From NCBI GenBank assembly GCA_965218305.1, contig OZ244617.1, positions 3,058,983 through 3,122,982 on the forward strand: a stretch of DNA of 64,000 bases, in the 5' to 3' direction. Shown in pieces: positions 1 through 10,539 of the stretch. A model generated the notes under the pieces. It was not told the DNA's origin and did no database searches. It worked only from the letters and a program-made list of their open reading frames with translations. Positions within the stretch are counted from its first letter, which is position 1. Each line of letters starts with the position of its first letter. Both the position numbers and the translations under genes were made by a program. This stretch comes from an uncultured Candidatus Binatia bacterium. Lineage in GTDB: Bacteria > Desulfobacterota > Binatia > UBA9968 > JAJDTQ01.

Positions 1-683
1 TGGCGCAATCCTCCATACGGGACGTGGGTTTCGACCTGTCCAAGTTCACCTACCTGGCCAAGATTACCACGGCTCCTCGTTTCCTGTTCGTGAAGGGGGA
101 CTCCCCCATCAAAACGCTCGACGCCCTGATCGCGGAAGGAAAGAAACGCCCCCTGAAGGTCTCCTCGGTGGGTCCGGCCTCGGCCGGCTCCTTCGTGCTG
201 GCCAACATCATCGACAAGACGGGCATCCAGGTGAAGGACGTAACTGGCTACAAGAGCGGGCGTTCGCTGGTGGTGGCGGTAGCCCGCGGCGACGTGGATA
301 CCACCATCAAGACCACCGGCGGCGTGATCACCTTCATCAAGTCCGGCGAGGTCCGGGGACTGGTGCAGCTCTCCTCGGAAAAGGACAAGGATCCGTTCTT
401 CCCTGACGTGCCTTCGGCCGAAGCCCTTGGACGCAAGGACCTCATGGCCGGCGGCATCCTGTACATCCTCGTGGCCGCGCCGCCCAAGGTGCCGCAGGCC
501 GTCGCGGACGTGTTGAGCAACGCCGTGCACCAGGTCATCGCCGAGTCCAAGGCGGAGCTCGAGAGCAAGGCGCAGGTCATCCACTCTCCCGCCACCGGCA
601 AGGTGACGGCCATGCTCGTGAACAACCTGATCAAGGACTACGCGGACCTGATCTCTCTCTACAAAGCGCAGCAGAAGAAATAG
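1..683 (+). CDS. tctC: Tripartite tricarboxylate transporter substrate-binding protein (TctC/Bug family), 5'-truncated by window edge
   Basis: Frame is open from the window start. The C-terminal 219 aa resemble the TctC periplasmic binding fold. A TctA permease gene lies immediately downstream on the same strand. Confidence 0.55.
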   Translation, partial: AQSSIRDVGFDLSKFTYLAKITTAPRFLFVKGDSPIKTLDALIAEGKKRPLKVSSVGPASAGSFVLANIIDKTGIQVKDVTGYKSGRSLVVAVARGDVDTTIKTTGGVITFIKSGEVRGLVQLSSEKDKDPFFPDVPSAEALGRKDLMAGGILYILVAAPPKVPQAVADVLSNAVHQVIAESKAELESKAQVIHSPATGKVTAMLVNNLIKDYADLISLYKAQQKK

Positions 684-823
684 GCTCGAATCAGGCCCAA
701 GGCCTCCCACCGTACGGTTCGGCCCGGATGATTCGCGGAGCCATTTTTCCGCGGGCATCCGGGCCGGCCCAAGGCCCGCGTATTCCATGATAATGCGGGC
801 CGACGCATCAAGAGAGACGATCC

Positions 824-2338
824 GTGATTGAAGCCATCGGTGTAGCGTTCGTCAACGTTTTCGGGTTTCCCAACGTCCTCGTGGTGCTGTTCGGCACCAC
901 GGTGAGCATGCTCTTCGGAGCGCTGCCCGGCCTGGGCGGCATTGTCATCCTGACGCTGTCGCTGCCCATCATCATGGCCCTGGAGCCGGCGCTGGCCATG
1001 ATGGTCTTCGCCGCCTCCATCGGCGGCATCACCTTCGGCGGATCCGTCTCCGCCATCCTTCTCAACGTTCCCGGTACCGTGGCCAACATCGCCACGGTGT
1101 TCGACGGCCACCCGCTGGCGCGGCAGGGACGCGCCGGGTACGCGCTGGCCATCTCCGCCACGGCGTCGGCCCTGGGGTCGGTGTTCGGCTACGTGGTCTT
1201 CCTGTTGCTGCTGCCGGTGGTGCGCTCGGTGGTATTCTCGTTCGGGCCCCCGGAGTTTTTTCTCATGGCGCTGCTGGGGATCAGCCTGATCGCGTCGCTG
1301 ACCCAGAAGGAGCCGATCAAAGGGCTCATCTCCGCGGGGCTGGGATTCCTGGTGGCCTTCATCGGTTACTCTCCCATCACCGGCGACCAGCGGTACACCT
1401 TCGACCTGCTGTACCTCTGGGATGGTGTCCACACCGGCGTCATCGCCATCGGCATCTTCGCCGTCTCCGAGATGTTCTTCCTGGCGGTCAAGGGCGAAGA
1501 GCTGGTGCAGCAGACCGAGGTGGTCCGCTCGACGGCCCGCGACGTGTTCGACGGCATCCGCTTCGTATTCGCCAACTCCTTTCTGCTGCTACGGAGCGCG
1601 GTCATCGGCTGCGTGGTGGGGATCATTCCGGGGGTCGGCGCCAACGTGGCGGCCTTTCTGGCCTACGCCCAGGCCCAGGCCACCTCCCCGAACCGGGCCA
1701 ACTTCGGCCGCGGCGCGCCGGAAGGCGTGCTCGCCCCGGAGGCCGCCAACGACGCCAAGGACGGCGGCGCGCTGCTGCCCACCGTGGCTTTCGGCATCCC
1801 CGGAAGCGCGCCCCACGCCATCCTGCTCGTGGGGCTATTGCTGCTCGGGTTGAACCCGGGCAAGGAGCTCCTCACCACGCACCAGGCCACGGTGTTCACC
1901 CTGGTGCTGGCGTTGATCGCCGCCAACGTGTGGACGTCCATCCTGGGCCTGATCTTTGCCAACCACCTGGTGAAGATCACGCGGATCCGGGTCTCGCTGA
2001 TCATCCCCATCGTCCTGGTCATCAGCTTCGTCGGCGCCTTCGTCCTGCGAAACAATTTGCTGGATGCATTCGCGGTGCTGATATTCGGGTTCATCGGCTA
2101 CGGAATGAAGAAATACAGCTATTCCTTCATCACGTTCATTCTCGCCTACGTGCTCGGAGAGATCGCCGAGGTCTCGCTGTTCCAGACACTGCTCATATCG
2201 GACACGGGTTTCCTGATCTTCGTCACCCGCCCGGTCTCGCTGGTCCTGACCCTGCTCATCGCCGCGGCCCTGGGCCTGCCGCTGGCCGCCCCGCTAAAGC
2301 GGGCGTGGCAGCAGCGTCAACTGCCGGACGTCCCGTAG
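824..2338 (+). CDS. tctA: Tripartite tricarboxylate transporter permease TctA
   Basis: 504-aa highly hydrophobic multi-pass protein. Size and G/A-rich transmembrane segments are typical of TctA. It sits next to the tctC-like gene. Confidence 0.7.
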   Translation: MIEAIGVAFVNVFGFPNVLVVLFGTTVSMLFGALPGLGGIVILTLSLPIIMALEPALAMMVFAASIGGITFGGSVSAILLNVPGTVANIATVFDGHPLARQGRAGYALAISATASALGSVFGYVVFLLLLPVVRSVVFSFGPPEFFLMALLGISLIASLTQKEPIKGLISAGLGFLVAFIGYSPITGDQRYTFDLLYLWDGVHTGVIAIGIFAVSEMFFLAVKGEELVQQTEVVRSTARDVFDGIRFVFANSFLLLRSAVIGCVVGIIPGVGANVAAFLAYAQAQATSPNRANFGRGAPEGVLAPEAANDAKDGGALLPTVAFGIPGSAPHAILLVGLLLLGLNPGKELLTTHQATVFTLVLALIAANVWTSILGLIFANHLVKITRIRVSLIIPIVLVISFVGAFVLRNNLLDAFAVLIFGFIGYGMKKYSYSFITFILAYVLGEIAEVSLFQTLLISDTGFLIFVTRPVSLVLTLLIAAALGLPLAAPLKRAWQQRQLPDVP

Positions 2339-2368
2339 CCGTCCGCCGGCTCGGCCGAAAAAACCGCC

Positions 2369-5300
2369 ATGCCCTTCTACGCGGACCTGCACGTCCACTC
2401 CCGGTTCTCCCGCGCCACCAGCCCGAACTGCGACCTGGAGCACCTGGCCATCTGGGCGCGCAAGAAGGGCATCGGCGTCGTCGGAACCGGTGACTTCACC
2501 CATCCGGCGTGGCGCGCCGAGTTGAAGGAGCAACTCGTGCCGGCCGAACCCGGCCTGTTTCGCCTGCGCCCCGATCTCGAACGGGCTGTCGAGGGGCAGC
2601 TTCCGCCGGCCTGCGCCGGCAGCCTCACCACCGTCCGGTTCATGCTGTCGGTGGAAATCTCGACCATCTACAAAAAGGGCGACAAGACTCGGAAGATCCA
2701 TCACCTGGTCTATGCCCCGGACTTCGACTCCGCGGACCGGCTGGTGGCCAGCCTTACCAGGATCGGCAACCTCCACTCGGACGGGCGGCCCATCCTGGGG
2801 CTGGACTCCCGGCACCTGCTGGAGATGACGCTGGAGTCGGGCCCCGGTTCGTATCTCGTGCCGGCACACGTATGGACCCCGTGGTTCGCCGCGCTGGGCT
2901 CGAAGTCCGGCTTCGACGCCGTGGACGACTGCTACGGGGACCTGGCGCCGCACATCTTCGCCGTGGAGACGGGACTCTCGTCGGACCCGCCGATGAACTG
3001 GCGGGTGTCGTCCCTGGACCGTTTCCGGCTGGTGTCCAACTCCGACGCCCATTCGCCGGAGAAGCTCGGCCGGGAGGTGTGCGTCTTCGACACGGAGATG
3101 GACTACTTCGCCGTGCGCAGGGCGCTGGAAACGGGCGAGGGCTACGGAGGGACCCTGGAGTTCTTTCCGGAAGAAGGCAAATACCACCTGGACGGCCACC
3201 GCAACTGCAACGTCCGCCTGGAGCCGGATGAGACCCGCCGGCGCGACGGCCGCTGCCCGGCGTGCGGCAAGCCCTTGACCGTGGGCGTCATGCACCGCGT
3301 CGAGGATCTGGCGGACCGGGCTCCGGACGCCACGCCACCGGACACCGCGGGCGACACCTGGGGACTGATCCCGCTGCCGGAAATCCTGGGGGAGATCCAC
3401 CGGGTAGGGCCCAAGAGCAAACGCGTGGCGCAGGACTACGAAGGACTCCTGGCCCGGCTGGGACCGGAGCTCCAGCTCCTCAACGCCCTGCCGCTGGAGG
3501 ACATCGGGCCGGTGGCGCCACCCCTGGTGGCCGAGGCGGTGGCGCGCCTGCGAAGACGCGAGGTGATCCGGGATGCCGGCTACGACGGTGTATATGGGAC
3601 GATTCGTCTGTTCCGGGACGCCGAGCTGGAACGGCGCGCACGCGGGGCGTCGCTCTTCGGGGACGAGCCGGCGGCCCCGGTCCAACCAGCGGCGTTTCAG
3701 GCGGCTCCCCCGCAAGCGCCGCCGGAGCCCTCACCCGAGGTGGCCCAGCCGATGACCGCGCCATGGGACCACGGGACGCCGGACCAATTGTCGCTCCCGG
3801 TACAACTGTCGCCCGGCAGCCGGGACCTCCTTGCCGGCCTGGACGGCGATCAACGCCAGGCCGCGGAGGTCGCCGACGGTCCCTTGCTCATCGTCGCCGG
3901 ACCCGGTTCGGGAAAGACCCGGACCCTGATCCACCGCCTCGCCCACCTGATCACGAGCCACGGTGTGCCACCGGGCGGCTGTCTGGCGGTCACCTTCACG
4001 CGCCGGGCGGCCGACGAGATGCGGAGCCGGTTGCGGGCGCTGTTGCCCGACCTATGGGCCGAGGTCCCGTTGCACACGTTCCATTCCCTGGGCCTGACCA
4101 TCCTCCGGGAGCACTGGAACGCCGCCGGACTCCAGCGCGGCTTCCGGGTCGCTTCCGAGGCCGAACGGCTCCAGTTGCTGCGGGACGTGACGGGCCTCTC
4201 CGAGCGTCAGGCCCGTGCCCGCCTGTCGGCCATCTCCCACGCCAGGCGGACGGGCACGCCACCCGCGGACGAGAAGCTCACGCAGGCGGCGGAGACCTAC
4301 CGGAGCGGGATGGAAACGCGGAACTGGTGCGACTTCGACGACCTGGTCCTGCGCGCCGCGGACGCCCTGGAAAGCCATGCCGAGAGCCGTGCGCGGGTGC
4401 GGGAGCGGTATCCTTGGGTCTGCATCGACGAGTACCAGGACGTGGACGAGCAACAGGTCCGGCTCATCAGGCAAATCGTGCCGCCCGACGGCAACATCTG
4501 CGCCATCGGCGACCCCGATCAGGCCATTTACGGCTTCCGGGGCGCGGACCGGCGATTCTTCACGGAGTTCATCGACCACTTCCCCGCCGCCCGAGTGGTG
4601 CGGCTCAGCCGCAACTACCGGTCCGAGCGGAACATCGTTACCCTGTCGTCGCAGGTGATCGCCCCGGCGGCCTCGGCCGGACCATCCGTCCCGGTGCTCG
4701 ACGACGCCCCCAACCGCATCACCCTGCACGAAGCGGCGAGCGACAAGGCCGAGGCGGAATTCGTCGTCCAGTCGCTGGAGCAGACCCTCGGCGGCCACAG
4801 CTTCTTCTCCATCGACAGCGGCCGCTCGACCGAGGCCCAGGGGCACGACTTCTCGTTCTCGGACTTTGCCGTGCTCTACCGCACCGAGGCCCAGGCCGCG
4901 GCCCTGGCGGAGGCGCTGCAACGTTCCGGCATGCCCTTCCAGCAGCGGTCCCACAGCCCCCTTGTCGCTCATCCCGGAGTCGTCGCGCTGATGGACTCCC
5001 TGGACCGCTCGCCCGGCACCGGCACGTTGCGGCAACGGCTCGAAGCGTCCTGCCTCGGCGACGAGCCGCCGGCCGCCGACAGGCTGGAAGCCTTCGAACT
5101 GCTGAAACCTCTGGCCGACGCCTGCGGCGACGACCTGGAACGGTTCCTGTCCGAGCTGTCCCTGGGCACGCAGGTGGACACCTGGGACCCCCGGGCCGAC
5201 CGCATCTCGCTGCTGACCCTCCACGCCGCCAAAGGGCTCGAGTTTCCCGTGGTCTTCATCGTGGGCTGCGAGGACGGCCTGCTGCCCCTGAGCTGGGGAG

Positions 5301-5554
5301 GAGCCGGGCCGGACGACCTGGACGAGGAGCGGCGCCTCTTCTACGTCGGCGTCACCCGCGCCAGAACGAGGCTATACCTCTGCCGCGCCCGCAAGCGGCG
5401 CTGGCGGGGAAAGATCCGCGAGATGGCGCCGTCCCCCTACCTCGCTGACATCGAGGAACGCCTCCTCGAACAGAGCCGGTCGCGGCACCGCGGCCAGCGG
5501 AGCCGGAAGCAGGACAGCCAGTTGGATTTGTTTTCGGAGGGAAAGTTACGGTAG
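2369..5554 (+). CDS. Fusion protein: N-terminal PHP-domain EndoQ-like nuclease (with CPACG zinc finger) + C-terminal UvrD/PcrA/Rep-family superfamily-1 helicase
   Basis: N-terminus YADLHVHSRFSRATS has the PHP-type His/Asp metal motif. Further PHP motifs are VWTPWF, NSDAHSPEKLG and a CPACGKPL zinc ribbon. Downstream are the UvrD helicase motif I (LIVAGPGSGKTRTL), a DEYQD box (CIDEYQDVD) and C-terminal UvrD_C motifs (LLTLHAAKGLEFPVVFIVG, LFYVGVTRAR). Confidence 0.7.
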   Translation: MPFYADLHVHSRFSRATSPNCDLEHLAIWARKKGIGVVGTGDFTHPAWRAELKEQLVPAEPGLFRLRPDLERAVEGQLPPACAGSLTTVRFMLSVEISTIYKKGDKTRKIHHLVYAPDFDSADRLVASLTRIGNLHSDGRPILGLDSRHLLEMTLESGPGSYLVPAHVWTPWFAALGSKSGFDAVDDCYGDLAPHIFAVETGLSSDPPMNWRVSSLDRFRLVSNSDAHSPEKLGREVCVFDTEMDYFAVRRALETGEGYGGTLEFFPEEGKYHLDGHRNCNVRLEPDETRRRDGRCPACGKPLTVGVMHRVEDLADRAPDATPPDTAGDTWGLIPLPEILGEIHRVGPKSKRVAQDYEGLLARLGPELQLLNALPLEDIGPVAPPLVAEAVARLRRREVIRDAGYDGVYGTIRLFRDAELERRARGASLFGDEPAAPVQPAAFQAAPPQAPPEPSPEVAQPMTAPWDHGTPDQLSLPVQLSPGSRDLLAGLDGDQRQAAEVADGPLLIVAGPGSGKTRTLIHRLAHLITSHGVPPGGCLAVTFTRRAADEMRSRLRALLPDLWAEVPLHTFHSLGLTILREHWNAAGLQRGFRVASEAERLQLLRDVTGLSERQARARLSAISHARRTGTPPADEKLTQAAETYRSGMETRNWCDFDDLVLRAADALESHAESRARVRERYPWVCIDEYQDVDEQQVRLIRQIVPPDGNICAIGDPDQAIYGFRGADRRFFTEFIDHFPAARVVRLSRNYRSERNIVTLSSQVIAPAASAGPSVPVLDDAPNRITLHEAASDKAEAEFVVQSLEQTLGGHSFFSIDSGRSTEAQGHDFSFSDFAVLYRTEAQAAALAEALQRSGMPFQQRSHSPLVAHPGVVALMDSLDRSPGTGTLRQRLEASCLGDEPPAADRLEAFELLKPLADACGDDLERFLSELSLGTQVDTWDPRADRISLLTLHAAKGLEFPVVFIVGCEDGLLPLSWGGAGPDDLDEERRLFYVGVTRARTRLYLCRARKRRWRGKIREMAPSPYLADIEERLLEQSRSRHRGQRSRKQDSQLDLFSEGKLR

Positions 5555-6007
5555 CGGATCAAGATCGAACAACCGCACATCTCCCGCTTTAGTAATGCGG
5601 GCAATGAGGGGTGGTTGTGTCTTCGCAACGACGCGCCGGATCTTTGGCAAGGCCTTGACAATAGCCGAGGCCATCTCGTCACCCGACATGTTACCGGAAG
5701 GCAGAATAAACGCTCGGGCCCCGCTTCGCTGGAGTGCGTGGCGCTCGACGGGTCGCCTGCGTATTCGATCGTCCTTTGTAAGGATCAGCCATCCCCGCAG
5801 GCCCACCTCCGGCAGCCATTCTTCGTCTCGGGTATTCGTCGGGAAGTGATCCTTTAGCAATGCTACCGCGATTCCCTGATGACGGAGTGCGGTTGCGATG
5901 ACCTTGTCCCCCAAGCCCTGGTCGAGAAAAAAGGTGAAATCCTCAGGCGGCGTGCCCGTATTGCTCGCAACGGATCGCTTCTTCGATTTCTGACGGCGTT
6001 CGGTCAT
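5546..6007 (-). CDS. DUF5615/Mut7-C-like PIN-fold protein (putative toxin partner of DUF433)
   Basis: FTFFLDQGLGDKVIATALRHQGIAVALL resembles the DUF5615 N-terminal motif (F-L-I-D-E-N-L, then G-h-D-V). It lies immediately downstream of, and overlapping, the DUF433 gene. The start codon is uncertain: the ATG at 6007 gives a 65-nt overlap with the DUF433 gene. Confidence 0.4.
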   Translation of the reverse strand: MTERRQKSKKRSVASNTGTPPEDFTFFLDQGLGDKVIATALRHQGIAVALLKDHFPTNTRDEEWLPEVGLRGWLILTKDDRIRRRPVERHALQRSGARAFILPSGNMSGDEMASAIVKALPKIRRVVAKTQPPLIARITKAGDVRLFDLDPLP

Positions 6008-6716
6008 AGTCGTCCGCCAGTTGTTCTACGGACTCCCCCGCCCCAAAGCGTTGATAGATCACCTCCGTGGGTATGTGTGTGCCCGCCAACACCGGGCGGC
6101 CGAAGGCGACGCGAGGATCCACCACAACTATCCGCGGCGCAACCTCAGAGGTCTCCCATGTGTTTAGTTGCAGGTCCCGGCGGGTGAACAGGTAAAGTCT
6201 CACGGCAAGTCCAGAAAGGTCCCGCTCGATTCTTCGCAGGTGAATCTCCAGAACCTTCCGAATACCAAGCTGCCCCTCCTTCGAGATATTGATCAAACTC
6301 TCGAAGCTCTCGACGAAAAGGTCCAGTCCATCTGTTTCAAGCGTCCGATCGGCCAACGGATGAGGCGATGGATGTTTTCGCTTCAAATAGTCCAGAGCCT
6401 GTCTAACCGTTAATAAAGACACGTGATGTTGTCGGCGAATCGCCGCCAGGACATAGACCTCGATCAGATTTATGAACGACAACAAACAACGGTCGGCGTC
6501 AGCAAGGTCGATCACTGGTTGGAAGAATCGGGGTCCCGTGGAGGTTGGATAACCGCGCCCTCGGACCCATGCCCGCAGGGTAGCAGCCGGAACCTGGAGA
6601 TAGTGAGCCGCCTCCGGGATGCCGTAGGCCGGCAACTCAAGTGGATCCTTGCCGCCGTAAAGATCGATCGCCGTCTTCTCCTTCAAGGGTTTGTTCCTTC
6701 CGCCAAGGCTCCCCAT
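5943..6716 (-). CDS. DUF433 domain protein (antitoxin-like partner of a PIN-like/DUF5615 protein), unusually long N-terminal region
   Basis: The C-terminal segment FGRPVLAGTHIPTEVIYQRFGAGESVEQLADDY matches the DUF433 signature (R-P-x-I-x-G-T-R-I-x-V). It overlaps the downstream PIN-like gene in the manner of toxin-antitoxin pairs. Confidence 0.5.
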   Translation of the reverse strand: MGSLGGRNKPLKEKTAIDLYGGKDPLELPAYGIPEAAHYLQVPAATLRAWVRGRGYPTSTGPRFFQPVIDLADADRCLLSFINLIEVYVLAAIRRQHHVSLLTVRQALDYLKRKHPSPHPLADRTLETDGLDLFVESFESLINISKEGQLGIRKVLEIHLRRIERDLSGLAVRLYLFTRRDLQLNTWETSEVAPRIVVVDPRVAFGRPVLAGTHIPTEVIYQRFGAGESVEQLADDYDRTPSEIEEAIRCEQYGHAA

Positions 6717-6872
6717 GCCACGGGAGGGTCAAAGATCAAGTGTAACACGAAAAAATACCTGTGTGACAACACACTTCCGGCGGCATTCGCGGGACAGTCG
6801 GGCAAGGGCGACCGCCGGTCGCCCTTGCCCGAATAGACAATCGGAGAAATAAAGCCCGGACTCCGCCCCCGC

Positions 6873-7508
6873 TCAGGTGAGCGGGATCATGATGTGCTCC
6901 CGGTAGGGGGCGCGCTCGCACAGGCGCGCGTACCACGCCTCCACGTTGGGCATGGAGGGCCGGTCGATGGGCATGGTGAACCAGCGGTAGGCCCAGATGC
7001 CGACGGGGATGTCGCCGATAGTGAAGGAGTCGCCGGCGAGGTAGCTCTGGCCCTCCAGGTAGCGCTCGACGATCTGCCACTTCGGCACGGCTGCCGCAAC
7101 CGCCTTCTCGATGGCGGCGGGGTCGCGCTCGGCCTCCGGGGTCCGGACGATTCCGAAGAAGATCGGCACCATGAACGTGTTCAAGGTGGTCAACTGCCAG
7201 TCCATCCAGCGGTTGGCGTTGCCCCGTCCTTCGGGAGTACCGGGCACGAGCTTGCCGCCCTGGTACTTGTTGACCAGGTACCGGACGATACTGTTGGACT
7301 CCCACAGGACGAAATCGCCGTCCTCGATGGTGGGGACCACGCCGTTGGGGTTCAGGTCGAGGTAGGGCCGCTCCCTGTTCCCGCCGAACTCTCCGCCGAG
7401 ATCGATGCGCTCGAAGGGAATTTCCAGCTCCCCGCAGCACCACAGGACCTTCTGTACGTTGGACGAAGTCTTCCTTCCCCAGATCTTCAGCACCTGACAC
7501 ACCTCCAT
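6873..7508 (-). CDS. Glutathione S-transferase
   Basis: Thioredoxin-like N-domain (KIWGRKTSSNVQKVLWCC...GVVPTIEDGDFVLWESNSIVRYL) plus a C-terminal alpha domain. Start placed at the internal Met (MEVCQ). The longer ORF extends into the groES promoter region. Confidence 0.7.
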   Translation of the reverse strand: MEVCQVLKIWGRKTSSNVQKVLWCCGELEIPFERIDLGGEFGGNRERPYLDLNPNGVVPTIEDGDFVLWESNSIVRYLVNKYQGGKLVPGTPEGRGNANRWMDWQLTTLNTFMVPIFFGIVRTPEAERDPAAIEKAVAAAVPKWQIVERYLEGQSYLAGDSFTIGDIPVGIWAYRWFTMPIDRPSMPNVEAWYARLCERAPYREHIMIPLT

Positions 7509-7605
7509 GAGAAATTCGGATCCGACGGGGTCGTGTAGAGCGGGCAACCCGTCGGACTCGTGCCGAAATCTACTACGAAAAGGGCAAAAGGGTCCAGACA
7601 CCCCC

Positions 7606-7640
7606 TTGACTGTGGTGAAATCGTGCTTAGATTCGCGCTC
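7606..7640 (+). promoter_or_regulatory. Putative sigma70-type promoter upstream of groES (TTGACT-N17-TAGATT); no convincing CIRCE inverted repeat seen
   Basis: TTGACT at 7606-7611 with a TAgaTT-like -10 element 17 nt downstream. A strong RBS AAGGGAGG lies at 7663-7670, before the ATG at 7676. Confidence 0.2.
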
Positions 7641-7675
7641 AAATCCTATCATCACACTCTTAAAGGGAGGTTCTT

Positions 7676-7966
7676 ATGGCGGCTAAAGTGAAGCCTTTGC
7701 ACGACAGGATCATCGTCAAGAGGCTCGACGAGGAAGAGACGACGGCCGGCGGCATCATCATTCCCGACGCGGCGAAGGAAAAACCGCAGGAGGGCATGGT
7801 GGTGGCGGTGGGCTCGGGCAGGCGCGAAGACGGCAAGGTGGTGGCTCTCGACGTCAAGGCGGGAGACAAGGTCCTGTTCGGGAAGTATTCCGGCACGGAG
7901 ATCGAACTGGACGGCGACGAGCATCTCATCATGAGGGAAGACGATATCCTCGGGATCGTCGAATAG
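7676..7966 (+). CDS. groES: Co-chaperonin GroES
   Basis: 96-aa protein with canonical GroES sequence ([16 protein letters not shown]...GGIIIPD...[14 protein letters not shown]). Immediately upstream of groEL. Confidence 0.95.
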   Translation: MAAKVKPLHDRIIVKRLDEEETTAGGIIIPDAAKEKPQEGMVVAVGSGRREDGKVVALDVKAGDKVLFGKYSGTEIELDGDEHLIMREDDILGIVE

Positions 7967-9598
<1,632 letters not shown>

Positions 9599-9605
9599 AA
9601 TCGGC

Positions 9606-9670
9606 GAGCCCCGATCGGGGCTGACGACAAACAAAAGGGGGGAGGACGCCTGTCCTCCCCCCTTTTGTTT
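9606..9670 (+). terminator. Rho-independent terminator of groESL (two GC hairpins followed by T-run)
   Basis: Palindrome GCCCCGATCGGGGC (9609-9622), then the stem GGGGGGAGGAC-gcct-GTCCTCCCCCC (9637-9662), followed by TTTTGTTT. Confidence 0.75.
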
Positions 9671-9792
9671 GGATTATATTTTGTTTGGGAACTTATATAC
9701 TTGACTAAAATCCTGCTTCGGGCTGTCCTTCGGTGGCGACATCAATCGCTTGGCCAGTGCGTCAGGCGTGATGTCGTCCTCGGGCCGTCGGG

Positions 9793-10533
9793 TCAACCTC
9801 CCAGCCTACTTGAAACGCTCTCTACGGCGCGCATCGCCAAAGCGACTGCTTCAGACCGCTTCGCGATCGAATCCCGCATTTCGCCATCTATGCGTTTCAC
9901 CAAGGCCACATCATCGTCCGTTTCCGGCAATGGCACAAGGACACCCGCTGCTTGTTCCTCAGTGAGTTCATCGACCACGGCACCGTAAATGGTGGCTGTC
10001 AACTGCAGTTGCCCGAAAATAGACGTCAAGAACGAACACAGGTATCCGCTCGGACACTGATCTTCGTCGGGTACTATCCGCAGGATGTGTTGGGATGCTG
10101 CCCATCCATCCCACTCCTGAGGACAAATGGTCACCCTCCCGATGGTTCCGGAACACGTCACAAGCAACCAACCTGCTTCAACAATCCACCGCTCTAGCCT
10201 CTTATGGGCGGTCTTGGAAAGATACTTCAGATCCGCGGGCCGGAAGTGGACGACGTGGCTCCCTTGTAAAAATGGGATTCCTGAATCGGGCTCGACATAG
10301 ATGCGTTTAAACCGAGGTGGAATGAAGATCCGAGACACTATCGAGCCTAACCGTTTGACTCGCATTCCCGACTTGCTCAATTGTTCGACTGCATGCAGAA
10401 CAGCCGGATTGAAGTAACTAGCATCCAACCGAAGTTCCTGCATCTCCACAATAGTTCCAGAAGAGAGGAGGAAATTCTCTACTCGTGGTTGACCTGTGAC
10501 CCTGATAACGGGGCTTGTACTGGACTTTGCCAT
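9793..10533 (-). CDS. Restriction-modification specificity subunit, HsdS-like with a single target-recognition domain
   Basis: 246 aa. The N-terminal conserved HsdS block (KRLGSIVSRI...GIPFLQGSHV) is followed by one TRD and a C-terminal helical conserved region. It starts 7 nt downstream of the methyltransferase gene on the same strand, within the low-GC island. Confidence 0.55.
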   Translation of the reverse strand: MAKSSTSPVIRVTGQPRVENFLLSSGTIVEMQELRLDASYFNPAVLHAVEQLSKSGMRVKRLGSIVSRIFIPPRFKRIYVEPDSGIPFLQGSHVVHFRPADLKYLSKTAHKRLERWIVEAGWLLVTCSGTIGRVTICPQEWDGWAASQHILRIVPDEDQCPSGYLCSFLTSIFGQLQLTATIYGAVVDELTEEQAAGVLVPLPETDDDVALVKRIDGEMRDSIAKRSEAVALAMRAVESVSSRLGG

Positions 10534-10539
10534 CGGTCA

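Noticed and set aside
3262-5448. 728-aa alternative-frame ORF inside the PHP-UvrD gene (plus numerous other long alternate-frame or antisense ORFs in the track, e.g. 659-1432, 2294-3715, 4052-5224, 17054-17848, 17779-18846, 19215-19883, 24324-25502, 26079-27635, 27692-29950, 30264-31877, 32670-34802, 34922-36847, 40194-41024, 41601-43427, 49034-50299, 53098-54291, 56660-57775, 57960-58964, 60780-61907)
   Set aside because: All overlap stronger homology-supported genes in another frame or strand. They show Arg/Pro/Gly-rich low-complexity translations characteristic of a ~65% GC genome.
7600-7675. CIRCE (HrcA operator, TTAGCACTC-N9-GAGTGCTAA) upstream of groES
   Set aside because: Only a weak partial resemblance (GTGCTTAGA) was found and there is no inverted repeat partner. 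A sigma70-like promoter is the better but still low-confidence reading.
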